Of a DNA stretch of 30,247 nt, positions 1 to 9,152 are shown piece by piece. The DNA comes from an uncultured Flavobacteriaceae bacterium (lineage in GTDB: Bacteria; Bacteroidota; Bacteroidia; B-17B0; Aurantibacillaceae), in assembly GCA_964653165.1 (NCBI GenBank), contig CAZZEI010000014.1, positions 1 through 30,247 of the forward strand, given 5' to 3'. The notes beneath the pieces were generated by a model that searched no databases, had not been told where the DNA came from, and worked only from the letters and a program-made list of their open reading frames with translations. A program made the position numbers and the translations under genes. Position 1 is the stretch's first letter. Each line of letters opens with the position of its first letter.

Positions 1-1377
1 AGTCAATAGTCGGTAGTTTTTTCTGAATTTAAATATTTTATAAGATAAATAAACCCACATACCCGCTGTGAAAAATTGAGTTACTAAACTGGAAACAGCT
101 GCCCCCATTGCTTGATAGTGCGGTATTAAAATAATATTGAGAATAAAATTAAGGCAAATGCCAATGATTGCCATTGTATTTAATTGCCGTAAATTTCCAT
201 TGGCAGTTAGCAGTGTGCTGAAAATATAGGAAGTAGAAATGGCGACAAAACAGCACATTAAAATTGAAAAAACGGTGGTTGAATCGGTTACGCCATGGTT
301 AATACTTGAAACCAAAAAATCACTGTAAAAATAACTAACCGCAGAAGCAATTATTGCCGGAGTTATAATTAATGTAAAAGATAATTTTACAAGATTTTCT
401 ATTTTTTCGTTAAACTTTATCATCCTGCTGAATATGGGTAACAATTGCAATGCAAGGAGAAGTGGAATCATATTTGCGGCCTCTAACAATCGAAAACCTT
501 TAGCGTAAACACCGGCTTGCGAAGCACCGCTCATATTTAAAGTATTTTCAGCGTGTGTAATAATAAGCTGTACCTCCGGAAACTTAACATAAGGCATGAG
601 TTTTACTTTTTCTAATAGAAAAAACAAATAATTATTTTTATTCGGTAAAAGTCTTTCAATCATTACCACATCTAATCGGTTATAAAAAGTCATCAGTAAT
701 ACCATTATGGCATACGGAAAACTTTTTTTCAAAATCATAATCCAAAAGGGCCAATTCCAGTTCATAGAAAAACTTTCTGTTTTTCCCAACACAACTATAA
801 ATGCCAGACAAGCGGTAATTAAATAGGCTCCTGTTTGTGTATAAACAAACACCATAATATCCATTTGTATGCCTGTAATGCTTGTCCAAAGCAATACCCC
901 GCAAAAAGAAATCATTATTAAACGATCAAGAATGGAAATGAAGCTGTCCGTTTTAAAAAAGTGCAGTCCCAATAAGTTTGAACGTAAATATTGAATCATG
1001 GAAATTAAAAACTGGTTAACGCCCAATAAAAACAAGAGTTTGAGATAACGTATATCGTATCCAACAATTAAACCAATGCCAATAGTAATGGCAATGTAAA
1101 TAACGCCCATTAATATTTTTAAAAGGAATAGCCCGGAAAAATGTTTGGCTAAAAGGTGGTTGTTTTGCGCTATATTTTTATTGTTGAAATTGGTAATACC
1201 AAAATCGAGTAAAATATTAAGTAAAAAAGAAAAATTGAACAATACAAAGTACTCTCCGTACGTTTCGTTACCTAATTTGTATTGCAGATAAGGTTCAATG
1301 CCCAATACCCAAAACGGCTTAATAAGCAGATTTAAAAAAAGTAAAATGGCCAGATTGGTGATAAATTTCCGCTGCAT
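1..1377 (-). CDS. Partial (3'-truncated by window edge) polytopic membrane protein, Wzx/MOP-superfamily oligosaccharide flippase-like (polysaccharide biosynthesis protein)
   Basis: ATG at 1377 (minus). I hand-translated the main frame from 1377 down to about 840 (MQRKFITNLAILLFLNLLIKPFWVLGIEPYLQYKLGNETYGEYFVLFNFS...GVLLWTSITGIQMDIMVFVY) and it stays open. The rest continues off the window edge, so it is absent from the complete-ORF track. Strongly hydrophobic multi-TM composition and divergent pairing with a GT4 gene fit a flippase. Family assignment is from general pattern, not a motif. Confidence 0.5.
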   Translation of the reverse strand, partial: MQRKFITNLAILLFLNLLIKPFWVLGIEPYLQYKLGNETYGEYFVLFNFSFLLNILLDFGITNFNNKNIAQNNHLLAKHFSGLFLLKILMGVIYIAITIGIGLIVGYDIRYLKLLFLLGVNQFLISMIQYLRSNLLGLHFFKTDSFISILDRLIMISFCGVLLWTSITGIQMDIMVFVYTQTGAYLITACLAFIVVLGKTESFSMNWNWPFWIMILKKSFPYAIMVLLMTFYNRLDVVMIERLLPNKNNYLFFLLEKVKLMPYVKFPEVQLIITHAENTLNMSGASQAGVYAKGFRLLEAANMIPLLLALQLLPIFSRMIKFNEKIENLVKLSFTLIITPAIIASAVSYFYSDFLVSSINHGVTDSTTVFSILMCCFVAISTSYIFSTLLTANGNLRQLNTMAIIGICLNFILNIILIPHYQAMGAAVSSLVTQFFTAGMWVYLSYKIFKFRKNYRLLT

Positions 1378-1435
1378 GGGGACGCGAATATACGAAATTG
1401 CCCTTTTAAACTATATGACTATTTTTGGCTTTTAA

Positions 1436-2569
1436 TTGAACTTGAAAATCGTCGTAAATACCCGCCTTTTGTTACCCAATCGCCTTGCCGGTATGGGTTG
1501 GTTTACTTATCAGTCTTTAAAACGAATTACACAACAGCATCCCGAAGCACATTTTATTTTCTTATTCGACAGACCTTATGATGAGGAATTTATTTTTGCA
1601 GATAATATTACTCCTATGATTTTATCGCCTAAGGCAAGGCACCCATTTCTATATTATTACTGGATGCAGTTTTGTGTAAAACCCCTTCTTAACAAATTAA
1701 AGCCCGATTTGTTTTTATCGCCGGATGGTTTTGTCTCTTTGGGTGCAAAATGCAAACAATTAGCGGTTATACACGATATTAATTTTTTTCATTATCCAAA
1801 CGACCTTCCTTTTTTAGAAAGGAAATACCATACTTATTTTTTTCCTCGCTTCGCAAAAGAGGCAACCCGAATTGCAACTGTATCTGAGTTCAGTAAAAAA
1901 GATATTGCTGAGAGTTATAAAATAGACCCCGCAAAAATTGATGTGGTATATAATGGTATAAACGATTATTTTGAACCTGTTGATGCGGAAACAAAAATCG
2001 GCGTAAAAAATAAATTCACTAAGGGTTGCGATTATTTTTTATTTGTGGGATCAATTTCTGCCAGAAAAAATATTTTGCGTCTTATCAAAGCTTTTCACTT
2101 GTTTAAAAAGGAAACTTCTTCCACTATGAAATTAGTATTGGCAGGAGCCATTTTTTGGGGAGACAATGAGATATCTTCTTTGATGAAGGAATTACAAATA
2201 GAGAGCGAAATAATTTTTACCGGTCGTGTTCCCAATGAAGAAATAAAAAACATAACAGCATCGGCTTTTGCGCTAACATATTTACCCTATTTTGAAGGAT
2301 TTGGAATTCCTTTAATTGAAGCCATGCAATGTGGGGTTCCAATAATAGCCGCAAACGCTTCGTGTTTACCCGAAATAGCTGCCGATGCCGCCATCTATGC
2401 AAACCCTTTTGATGAAAATGAAATAAAAAATGCAATGGTAACCCTTTTTAGAGATGAATCTTTACAAAGCAGCCTTATCAAAAAAGGCTTCGAAAGAAAA
2501 AATAATTTTTCCTGGGATAAAACCGCTTCACTACTTTGGCAAAGTATAGAAAAAACAATTTCTCAGTAA
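1436..2569 (+). CDS. Glycosyltransferase family 1 (GT4 clade)
   Basis: C-terminal GT4 signature EGFGIPLIEAMQCGVPIIAANASCLPEIAADAAIYANP (EX7E region); N-terminal KIVVNTRLLLPNRLAGMGWFT typical of Bacteroidota GT4. Start per track is TTG at 1436; the upstream ATG at 1413 hits a stop, so TTG (or the internal ATG near 1490) is the initiator. Confidence 0.85.
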   Translation: MNLKIVVNTRLLLPNRLAGMGWFTYQSLKRITQQHPEAHFIFLFDRPYDEEFIFADNITPMILSPKARHPFLYYYWMQFCVKPLLNKLKPDLFLSPDGFVSLGAKCKQLAVIHDINFFHYPNDLPFLERKYHTYFFPRFAKEATRIATVSEFSKKDIAESYKIDPAKIDVVYNGINDYFEPVDAETKIGVKNKFTKGCDYFLFVGSISARKNILRLIKAFHLFKKETSSTMKLVLAGAIFWGDNEISSLMKELQIESEIIFTGRVPNEEIKNITASAFALTYLPYFEGFGIPLIEAMQCGVPIIAANASCLPEIAADAAIYANPFDENEIKNAMVTLFRDESLQSSLIKKGFERKNNFSWDKTASLLWQSIEKTISQ

Positions 2570-2573
2570 CAAA

Positions 2574-2768
2574 GGGGAACGCAGATGACGCAGATTTGTA
2601 TGATTTAATATGATTTTTTATTGACTATTGGTAAAGAAAATGAATTGAAAGTGGAGGTTAAAAAAAAATTGTTTTAAACTAACCTTGCTATTTATTTATC
2701 CGCGTTCATCATAACAATCAGCGTCATCAGCGCCTGCCCCTTTTTTTTCCGGGGTTCCATTGTATTAG
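2574..2768. repeat. MITE-like repeat element copy A (about 195 bp) with about 28-bp imperfect terminal inverted repeats built from tandem 9-mers GACGCAGAT x2 (left) / ATCAGCGTC-ATCAGCGCC (right); ends with conserved TTCCATTGTATTAG
   Basis: Left end 2578-2606 (gacgcagatgacgcagatttgtatgattt) is near-reverse-complementary to right end 2706-2735 (ttcatcataacaatcagcgtcatcagcgcc). The same termini and the 14-mer ttccattgtattag recur at 18358-18477. Lies between convergent GT4 (+) and Omp85 (-) genes; the Omp85 stop codon is embedded in the terminal 14-mer. Confidence 0.65.
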
Positions 2769-5275
2769 AAAGGGTAGCCAATACCAAAATTAGTTATAAA
2801 AGAAGAAAGAAATCCTCTCCCAAACATCCAGCGTTCACCTTCTATGTTAGCAGGGTTGTAGGTTTGAAATGCCCCATCTACCCGAATAATAAAAAAACTA
2901 AAATCGGCACGTAAACCAACCCCTGTACCTGTAGCAAACTCTTCGTAAAAACGGTCAAACTCAAATTCTCCATATGGTTTCTCTGCATTTTTTTGCCGTA
3001 ACCAAACATTTCCTGCATCAACAAACCAAGCCCCGTTTAACCATTTGTAAATATTAAAACGAAATTCAAAGTTAGCTTCTAGCTGTATATCGCCAAGCTT
3101 ATCAAAATTCTTATCGTCTATTTGATTGTATGAGCCGGGCCCAACTGCACGGGCTTTCCATGCCCGAATGGAGTTAGGTCCACCTGCAAAAAAACTTTTC
3201 TCGTAAGGAAGCGTCCTTAAATTTGCAAGCGCATAGCCCATGCCGGCATAGGCTCTGAAAACAAATCGCCCTAATTGTCTAACAGAACGATACACTCTAA
3301 AATCCATATCGCTGCGAAGAAATTGAGCAAAAGGAACGCCAAATATATTGTATTGCCCCAGACTATCTTTTTTCTCGTCGCTTAAATTATATAAGCCGCG
3401 TAAAATATTTCCGGATGATTCTAAATTTAATTTAAAATAGATAAAAGTTTTATACTGTTTGGTTTGCATACTGTTTTGGTTATTGAATATGTAAGTGTAA
3501 CGGGATACCGTAGTTATGTGACTTGCGAAGCTGGTTTTCAAAAAAAGATTTCTTCCTTTATTTAAATCATTTAAAAAAGCCTCACTTAAATCAGCTTTAA
3601 TTAAACTTACTTCTATAGGAACGAGATAATGTTTGACAAAAAGTTTTTCATTAAACTCCAGTCCGTAGTTAACATTTGTAAGTGTACGCTGATATTTGTT
3701 GTTTTGCTGAAAATTAAGCGAAGAACCGATAATAGTTTTAGGTTGCGATTTAAAGGAAAAAGGAATATACGTAAATGGGAAAAGTGGCTTTGGAACATTA
3801 AGAGTTATCTCCGGTCCAAACTGAACAGTGTTAAACGATTTTAAAAGCGGGATACCAAAATTATTATCTGCTTGCTGTACGTCAAAGTTTTTCTGTGCAA
3901 TTATACCACCCTTCAGTTTTATTTCCAATAACTCAGAACCCCTGAATGTATTACGGTTTTGATAAACAATACTTGCGGCAATACCTAAGTTACCGGACGT
4001 ATTAGTCCCCTCTGTTTCTACTGCAAAATTTTGTTTATACATTGGCGACATAAGTATATAACAATCTAAATAATCAGGCTTGTTTTCAGCCTGCTTAAAT
4101 GTTAGGTTTATACTTTTAAAAGATTTAAAGCCGGATAAGCGCGTAAAGGTTTCTTCAACAATATCGTAGTTAAATATTTCTCCTTTATAAAATAGTATTT
4201 TATTAGCTATATCCTTTTTTCTGAATGCTAGTTTTTTAGTATACAAAAAAGTAAAATCTTTATACATTGCAGTATCTGCATACGTTTTATTTCGATTAAA
4301 ATTATCATAATCAGTAATAATAAATATGTTATTTATTTTATAACGTGTATGATCTGCAAAAATGAGGGTATCGCTTTTGTCTTCCGGGCGATACGCATAT
4401 TTTTTTATATTTACTTCTATATCTATAAGATTTCCCTTTACGTTTGTGTCAACTAATAAAAAGACAAACTCGGGCCTAAATTTATAATATCCGTTATCGC
4501 GTTGTTGCCTTACTATGCGTTCCCTTTCTTTTGCTAATACATCAGAGTCATAACGCATGCCTCTTTTAAGCAGGCTGTTTGTTGTGTCCTGATAAATATA
4601 ATATTGAATATGCACATCTTCAATTGCGTATTTAATATATCTTATCTGATACGGATTACCGCCGTTAATTCTATAAGAAACTTCTGCTGTTCTGCGCTTT
4701 TTATTAGCTTTTATTGTATCGGTAATTAGGGCATCAAAATACCCTTTGCTTGCAAGGAATTTTTTTATTTGAATACAGTTAGTTTCTACGCCCGCCGAAT
4801 CGAGAACAGACGGGGGTTCACCACTTTGCACCCAACTTTCCCTCCAGCTTGGTTCACTTTTATCTTTTAGCTTAACAGTTTTAACTTTTTTCCCCTTCGC
4901 TAAACGCTTTTCATTTTCTATTTCATTTTTAGCAATCCTTCTGGCATTAATTTCGTTATATTTTTTATCACGCAATTCTTTAAGCCGGTACATTTTCTCC
5001 TGATCAATAGAGTTATAAAGCCATAAATAATAGGGAAACCATTTAATGTTTAAAGCATCAATAGTAATAAGGTACCTGTTAGGTTGCTGCCTTATATAGG
5101 GTGTCATTTCTTCGTTTGATAAGGCTGTTTTGTTATTTAAAATAACATTCTCACCCAATACTACTTCCCCTTCTTTTAATTTCTTTTTGGTATTACAACT
5201 GAATAAAATACCGCAAAAAATGAAAATGCATAATAATGCCCCCGCTTTTTTTAGTATTTTGTACCCGCTTTTCAC
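2765..5275 (-). CDS. Omp85-family (BamA/TamA-like) outer-membrane β-barrel protein with lipoprotein signal peptide; candidate TamL-type lipidated TamA homologue
   Basis: 836 aa. N-terminus MKSGYKILKKAGALLCIFIFCGILFSCN has a basic n-region, hydrophobic core and LFSC lipobox. C-terminus ends in aromatic F (…NFGIGYPF), typical of β-barrel OMPs, and carries glycine/aromatic-rich surface-antigen-like barrel sequence (GTGVGLRADFSFFIIRVDGAFQ). The POTRA-sized soluble region sits between them. Confidence 0.65.
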   Translation of the reverse strand: MKSGYKILKKAGALLCIFIFCGILFSCNTKKKLKEGEVVLGENVILNNKTALSNEEMTPYIRQQPNRYLITIDALNIKWFPYYLWLYNSIDQEKMYRLKELRDKKYNEINARRIAKNEIENEKRLAKGKKVKTVKLKDKSEPSWRESWVQSGEPPSVLDSAGVETNCIQIKKFLASKGYFDALITDTIKANKKRRTAEVSYRINGGNPYQIRYIKYAIEDVHIQYYIYQDTTNSLLKRGMRYDSDVLAKERERIVRQQRDNGYYKFRPEFVFLLVDTNVKGNLIDIEVNIKKYAYRPEDKSDTLIFADHTRYKINNIFIITDYDNFNRNKTYADTAMYKDFTFLYTKKLAFRKKDIANKILFYKGEIFNYDIVEETFTRLSGFKSFKSINLTFKQAENKPDYLDCYILMSPMYKQNFAVETEGTNTSGNLGIAASIVYQNRNTFRGSELLEIKLKGGIIAQKNFDVQQADNNFGIPLLKSFNTVQFGPEITLNVPKPLFPFTYIPFSFKSQPKTIIGSSLNFQQNNKYQRTLTNVNYGLEFNEKLFVKHYLVPIEVSLIKADLSEAFLNDLNKGRNLFLKTSFASHITTVSRYTYIFNNQNSMQTKQYKTFIYFKLNLESSGNILRGLYNLSDEKKDSLGQYNIFGVPFAQFLRSDMDFRVYRSVRQLGRFVFRAYAGMGYALANLRTLPYEKSFFAGGPNSIRAWKARAVGPGSYNQIDDKNFDKLGDIQLEANFEFRFNIYKWLNGAWFVDAGNVWLRQKNAEKPYGEFEFDRFYEEFATGTGVGLRADFSFFIIRVDGAFQTYNPANIEGERWMFGRGFLSSFITNFGIGYPF

Positions 5276-5304
5276 TTTTGTGCAAAATTAACACCAAACA
5301 CGCT

Positions 5305-6072
5305 ATGTTGAGCAAAAGCCAGATTAAAAATATAAAACAACTCCATATCAAAAAATTCAGAAATGAATTGGGTCAGTTTATTGCCGAAGGACCTAAAGTA
5401 GTTGACGAGTTTTTGCATTCGGACATAAAAATAACAGAAATATACGGGCTTGAGAGCTGGATTAAGAAGAATGTTTCACTATTAAAGGAGAAAAAGTGCA
5501 AATATGTTCCAATAAATGAGCCTGAACTTGCTCTTATAACCGTTTTACAGGCTCCTAATGAGGTGTTAGCTATATGCCAACAACCTAAGTTTTTACAAAG
5601 GGATGTAAAAAAGAACCCTTCATTATTTTTATACCTGGATGGAATTGCCGATCCGGGTAATTTGGGGACAATTATACGTATGGCAGACTGGTTTGGACTG
5701 AAGCAAATTTTTTTAGCTGAAACATCAACGGAGGTTTTTAATCCAAAGGTTGTGCAAAGTACTATGGGCTCGCTTGCAAGAGTTCAAACTTTTTATTTGT
5801 CTTTAGCAGATTTAATAAAACTAACGGCTATCACAAATGTTTGGGGAGCAGAATTAATTGGAGAAAATATTTATAGCGCTGCTCTACCCGAAAAATGTAT
5901 TCTCGTTATTGGCAGCGAATCGCACGGAATTTCTGAAACATGTAAAAAGTTTATCACAAAAAGCATTTCTATTCCTTCAGCCAAAGGCTCAAAAACCGAA
6001 TCACTTAATGCCGCCACAGCAACTTCAATTATTTTATCTGAAGTTTTCAGAAAGGCTAATTTCTTTGTTTAA
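5305..6072 (+). CDS. TrmH/SpoU-family RNA 2'-O-methyltransferase (RlmB-like)
   Basis: SPOUT motifs GIADPGNLGTIIRMADWFG, LVIGSESHGIS and SLNAATATSIILSE. Start placed at the MLSKSQIKNIKQLHIKKFRNE ATG (5305), not the track's 5236, which would overlap the divergent Omp85 start. Stop overlaps the next gene's ATG (TAATG at 6070-6074). Confidence 0.8.
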   Translation: MLSKSQIKNIKQLHIKKFRNELGQFIAEGPKVVDEFLHSDIKITEIYGLESWIKKNVSLLKEKKCKYVPINEPELALITVLQAPNEVLAICQQPKFLQRDVKKNPSLFLYLDGIADPGNLGTIIRMADWFGLKQIFLAETSTEVFNPKVVQSTMGSLARVQTFYLSLADLIKLTAITNVWGAELIGENIYSAALPEKCILVIGSESHGISETCKKFITKSISIPSAKGSKTESLNAATATSIILSEVFRKANFFV

Positions 6073-9047
6073 TGAATTCTGAATTCATAAAAAAATCACT
6101 CCGTTCCCCCTTATTTATTATTGCTGTATTGGTTTGCGTTGCCAACTGGCAATTACTATTTTGTGTTAAATCATTGCAGTGGGACGTAATTAATTTTTGG
6201 CACCCATGGCGTTATTTTATAGCCGACTGTTATAACAATGGAATTATTCCTTTATGGGATCCATACACACAGGCAGGTTATCCTGTGCATGGTGATTTGC
6301 AGGGACCCGCTTATAATCCCGAAACAATTGCAAGCTCTTTTCTTTTTAATGGCTCGCTTTATTATTTAAACTATTTGTTTATTGGGTATCTGGTGCTAGG
6401 TGCTTACGGATTTTATAAATTAAGTTCTTTGTTTACAAAACTTGTTCTAAAAAATGACGAACTCAATAATATATTCATTGGTCCATTAGTGGCCGGGATC
6501 GTTTACGCGCTAAGCGGATACAATACAGGGTTCGGGCATTATTTGTATATTACGGTTAGCGTTGGACTTATCCCATGGATTTACTATTATTTTATTAAAA
6601 TTTTAAATAAAGGCAGTTTTCTTGATGCATCAAAGTTGGCGGTTTTTGTTTTATTGCAGGTAACTGCAGGTAACCCATCTTTTTTAATAGTTTCCGGATA
6701 TTTTTTTATTGCTATAGCGTTCATTCAATTCATAAGATGGATAAAGCAAAAGGAAAGCAAAAAAATACTTTCGACAATAAAATTCTTTTCTGTTTCCTTA
6801 ATTCTTATGATAATTCTTTGCCTTCCTGTTTTAATAAACGCATATTATATTTTTCCGGAAACTACGCGCGGAACAGGTATCGGCTTGGCCTGGGCTGCAG
6901 AAGAACGTTTTGCATTAAGAAACTTTTTTTCTCTTTTTACACCTCTTGTCGGATTAGAACGCGAGTACCAATCGGGAACTAATCAGCCCATATTTGATTA
7001 TTATATCGGACTAACAACTTTGTTTTTTGCCTTAGTAGGTTTTATAAAATATCGCTCTTTCTGGACTTATATTTTTTCCGTCATTGCTTTAGTCGCTTTT
7101 TTACTTTCTATCGGGCTTCGTACTCCGTTGTTTGGCTGGTTTCATGGTTATCTGCCCGGCTTCAATGTTTTTAGAATGCCTCGTTTAATATTTTTATATG
7201 ATCAGCTTTTTTTACTCTTAATGGCTGCCTTAGGAATTAATTACATCCTTTTAAATAGAATTGCAACCAAGTGGTTTTTGATATTTGTGGCGTTTTGTTT
7301 TAGCGCAAGCATTGCTTCTGTATTGTATTTTAAATTTTATTATACAGAAACCGGTAGCTATACGGTTGATTATTCTTCTTTGCGCTATTATCTGTGGTCG
7401 GAAGGACAATATCCAAAGGCACTTATTTCTTGTTTTGTCAGCGGAGCAACACTACTGGTTTCTTTACTTCTTTATTGGAGAAAAAAAACCAAGCTTATAC
7501 TTTTTGTTTTGTTGGCCGATGTAATGATAAATTATAGTGTCAACGCAATCGCACGAAATTTTAGTGAAACAGACGCGGTTGTTACAAATTCTTATGTAAA
7601 AAATACACCCAAAGGATTTGCTGTTCCGGAAAATATTGTAGCAGGCAAGGTGAGAACTTTAACAAGACATTATAATGAGTTTTGGCACAATACAACCATT
7701 TTAATAAAACAGCCTTGTTACGCTAACGATAATAATTTTGAGTTGAGCAATTACATGAAATTGTATCAAAACAATCAAACCGAATTAAATTATTTTTTGC
7801 AACAACCGCTCGCTTTTTTTGCCGATTCACTTGTTCGTAAAATAGATAGTTTAAATATGCGGACAAACAAAACGCTTGCTATTGTCGATTCTGCCTCATT
7901 TGTAAAATACGGCAAAGCTGTTTTTTCTAAATCAGTTTCAGATACCATTGTATTTGAAAAATTTGAACCCCAACAGATTGTATTAAAAGTTAGAAATGAA
8001 AAAAATAGCGCATTGGTTTTGCAGCAAAATCTTTCAAAACTCACGCATATTTATATGGATGGGGGCGAAATTAAACCCGATTTATGTTTTTATTCTTTCC
8101 CATTTATTCAGGTATCACCGGGCGAACATAAAATAGAATTTTCTTATCAGGTACCTCATTTTAGATTGTTTTTTGGTATTTCTATATTAGTATTTATAAT
8201 AATTGTATTTTTTGTCTTAGTTAAATTTAAAAACAAACGAATTGCCCTACTGTCTTTTTCGTTTTTGATACTGTTTTGTTCTTTTAAATTTTATACCGGC
8301 GGAAAAAGTAGGGGAGTAGAAAACATAAAGGAATTACAACAAGAAGTACTGGATGATAAGGATTTTGATAAAAAGGTTTTTTATTGTATGAATACACGCG
8401 ATTCCTATTTCTCTTCTACCGGAAAGCCTTTTAATAAATTTAATTTTTTATATCAGGAAGACGTAGCCGGATTTGTAAAAAGATTAACCGAATCTACCGA
8501 TGAATATTTATACTATGTAAATTACAAGTCTTATGGTCCCGCGGAGGTTGAAGTCTTAATTAAAACAATTTTTGGCGAAGAAGTTAAAAGTAAAAACAAT
8601 GAATTTGGTTTTGTGAAAGTATATAAACGAAATCCACAAAAGCAATTTATACTTTATGAAAAGGATTTTGAAATTAAAAAATCTAACCCAGATGGGATTG
8701 AGGTAAAAAAGGGGAAGGAGTACAGCCCTACTTTTGAGTTTAAAGTAAGCGATATTGGAGTTAAGAAATACGACTTAATTTTTTCGGAAGCAGAAGTTGA
8801 GTGCTCTTTCGCTGATTTTAAGGGCTTATGTGTTACCATTGATAATGATGGTAAGAATAAACGTTTTATAGCGTATAATTTTATTCATCATCCAAATGAA
8901 AAGAAACAGCGACTATGTTTTTATTATCGCTTCCCTGAAAAAACTGTCTCCGGTGATGTAGTAAAAATATTTTTATGGAATGATGACGAAAGACCTTTGC
9001 TGTTAAGGGAATTTAAGATTAAAGTTATTAGTTCAAATGCGTTTTAA
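6072..9047 (+). CDS. Large polytopic membrane protein, YfhO-like (GT-C fold) family, with about 250-aa C-terminal soluble extension
   Basis: 991 aa. N-terminal region WHPWRYFIADCYNNGIIPLWDPYTQAGYPVHGDLQGPAYNPE resembles the YfhO-family conserved loop (…LPLWNPY..G.P…). More than 14 predicted TM segments run through to about residue 720, then a charged K/E/D-rich soluble tail. Translationally coupled to trmH. Confidence 0.45.
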   Translation: MNSEFIKKSLRSPLFIIAVLVCVANWQLLFCVKSLQWDVINFWHPWRYFIADCYNNGIIPLWDPYTQAGYPVHGDLQGPAYNPETIASSFLFNGSLYYLNYLFIGYLVLGAYGFYKLSSLFTKLVLKNDELNNIFIGPLVAGIVYALSGYNTGFGHYLYITVSVGLIPWIYYYFIKILNKGSFLDASKLAVFVLLQVTAGNPSFLIVSGYFFIAIAFIQFIRWIKQKESKKILSTIKFFSVSLILMIILCLPVLINAYYIFPETTRGTGIGLAWAAEERFALRNFFSLFTPLVGLEREYQSGTNQPIFDYYIGLTTLFFALVGFIKYRSFWTYIFSVIALVAFLLSIGLRTPLFGWFHGYLPGFNVFRMPRLIFLYDQLFLLLMAALGINYILLNRIATKWFLIFVAFCFSASIASVLYFKFYYTETGSYTVDYSSLRYYLWSEGQYPKALISCFVSGATLLVSLLLYWRKKTKLILFVLLADVMINYSVNAIARNFSETDAVVTNSYVKNTPKGFAVPENIVAGKVRTLTRHYNEFWHNTTILIKQPCYANDNNFELSNYMKLYQNNQTELNYFLQQPLAFFADSLVRKIDSLNMRTNKTLAIVDSASFVKYGKAVFSKSVSDTIVFEKFEPQQIVLKVRNEKNSALVLQQNLSKLTHIYMDGGEIKPDLCFYSFPFIQVSPGEHKIEFSYQVPHFRLFFGISILVFIIIVFFVLVKFKNKRIALLSFSFLILFCSFKFYTGGKSRGVENIKELQQEVLDDKDFDKKVFYCMNTRDSYFSSTGKPFNKFNFLYQEDVAGFVKRLTESTDEYLYYVNYKSYGPAEVEVLIKTIFGEEVKSKNNEFGFVKVYKRNPQKQFILYEKDFEIKKSNPDGIEVKKGKEYSPTFEFKVSDIGVKKYDLIFSEAEVECSFADFKGLCVTIDNDGKNKRFIAYNFIHHPNEKKQRLCFYYRFPEKTVSGDVVKIFLWNDDERPLLLREFKIKVISSNAF

Positions 9048-9080
9048 TTACTGAAGTTTTTCAAAACAAAACCTATTAAA

Positions 9081-9118
9081 TCTGTGAATAAAATCTGTGC
9101 AAATCTGTGTAATCTGTG
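9081..9118 (+). promoter_or_regulatory. Four direct repeats of (A)ATCTGTG upstream of dapA; TAACTTTG (-7-like Bacteroidota promoter motif) at 9141-9148
   Basis: tctgtg at 9081, 9094, 9104 and 9113 (spacing 13/10/9). TAACTTTG matches the Bacteroidota sigma-A -7 consensus TAnnTTTG and ends 4 nt before the dapA ATG. Confidence 0.3.
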
Positions 9119-9152
9119 GCAAAATTCCGAATTTATCATATAACTTTGTTGC

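Noticed and set aside
680-904. 74-aa minus-strand ORF inside the flippase region
   Set aside because: It lies in a different frame from the long open frame starting at 1377, which I hand-translated through this interval. The product has no membrane-protein character; it is an overlapping spurious ORF.
3613-3844. Two small overlapping ORFs (61 aa on -, 71 aa on +) inside the Omp85 gene
   Set aside because: They are embedded in or antisense to a confidently coding 836-aa frame, and their composition is low-complexity and K/R-rich with no support.
5236-5304. Upstream extension of the trmH ORF (MPPLFLVFCTRFSLLCKINTKHA…)
   Set aside because: It would overlap the divergently transcribed Omp85 start codon. 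TrmH-family proteins start at the MLSKSQIKNIK-type N-terminus, so I moved the start to 5305.
6737-7524. 81-aa and 79-aa plus-strand ORFs inside the YfhO-like gene (other frames)
   Set aside because: They are alternative-frame ORFs inside a long membrane-protein frame, with no independent evidence.
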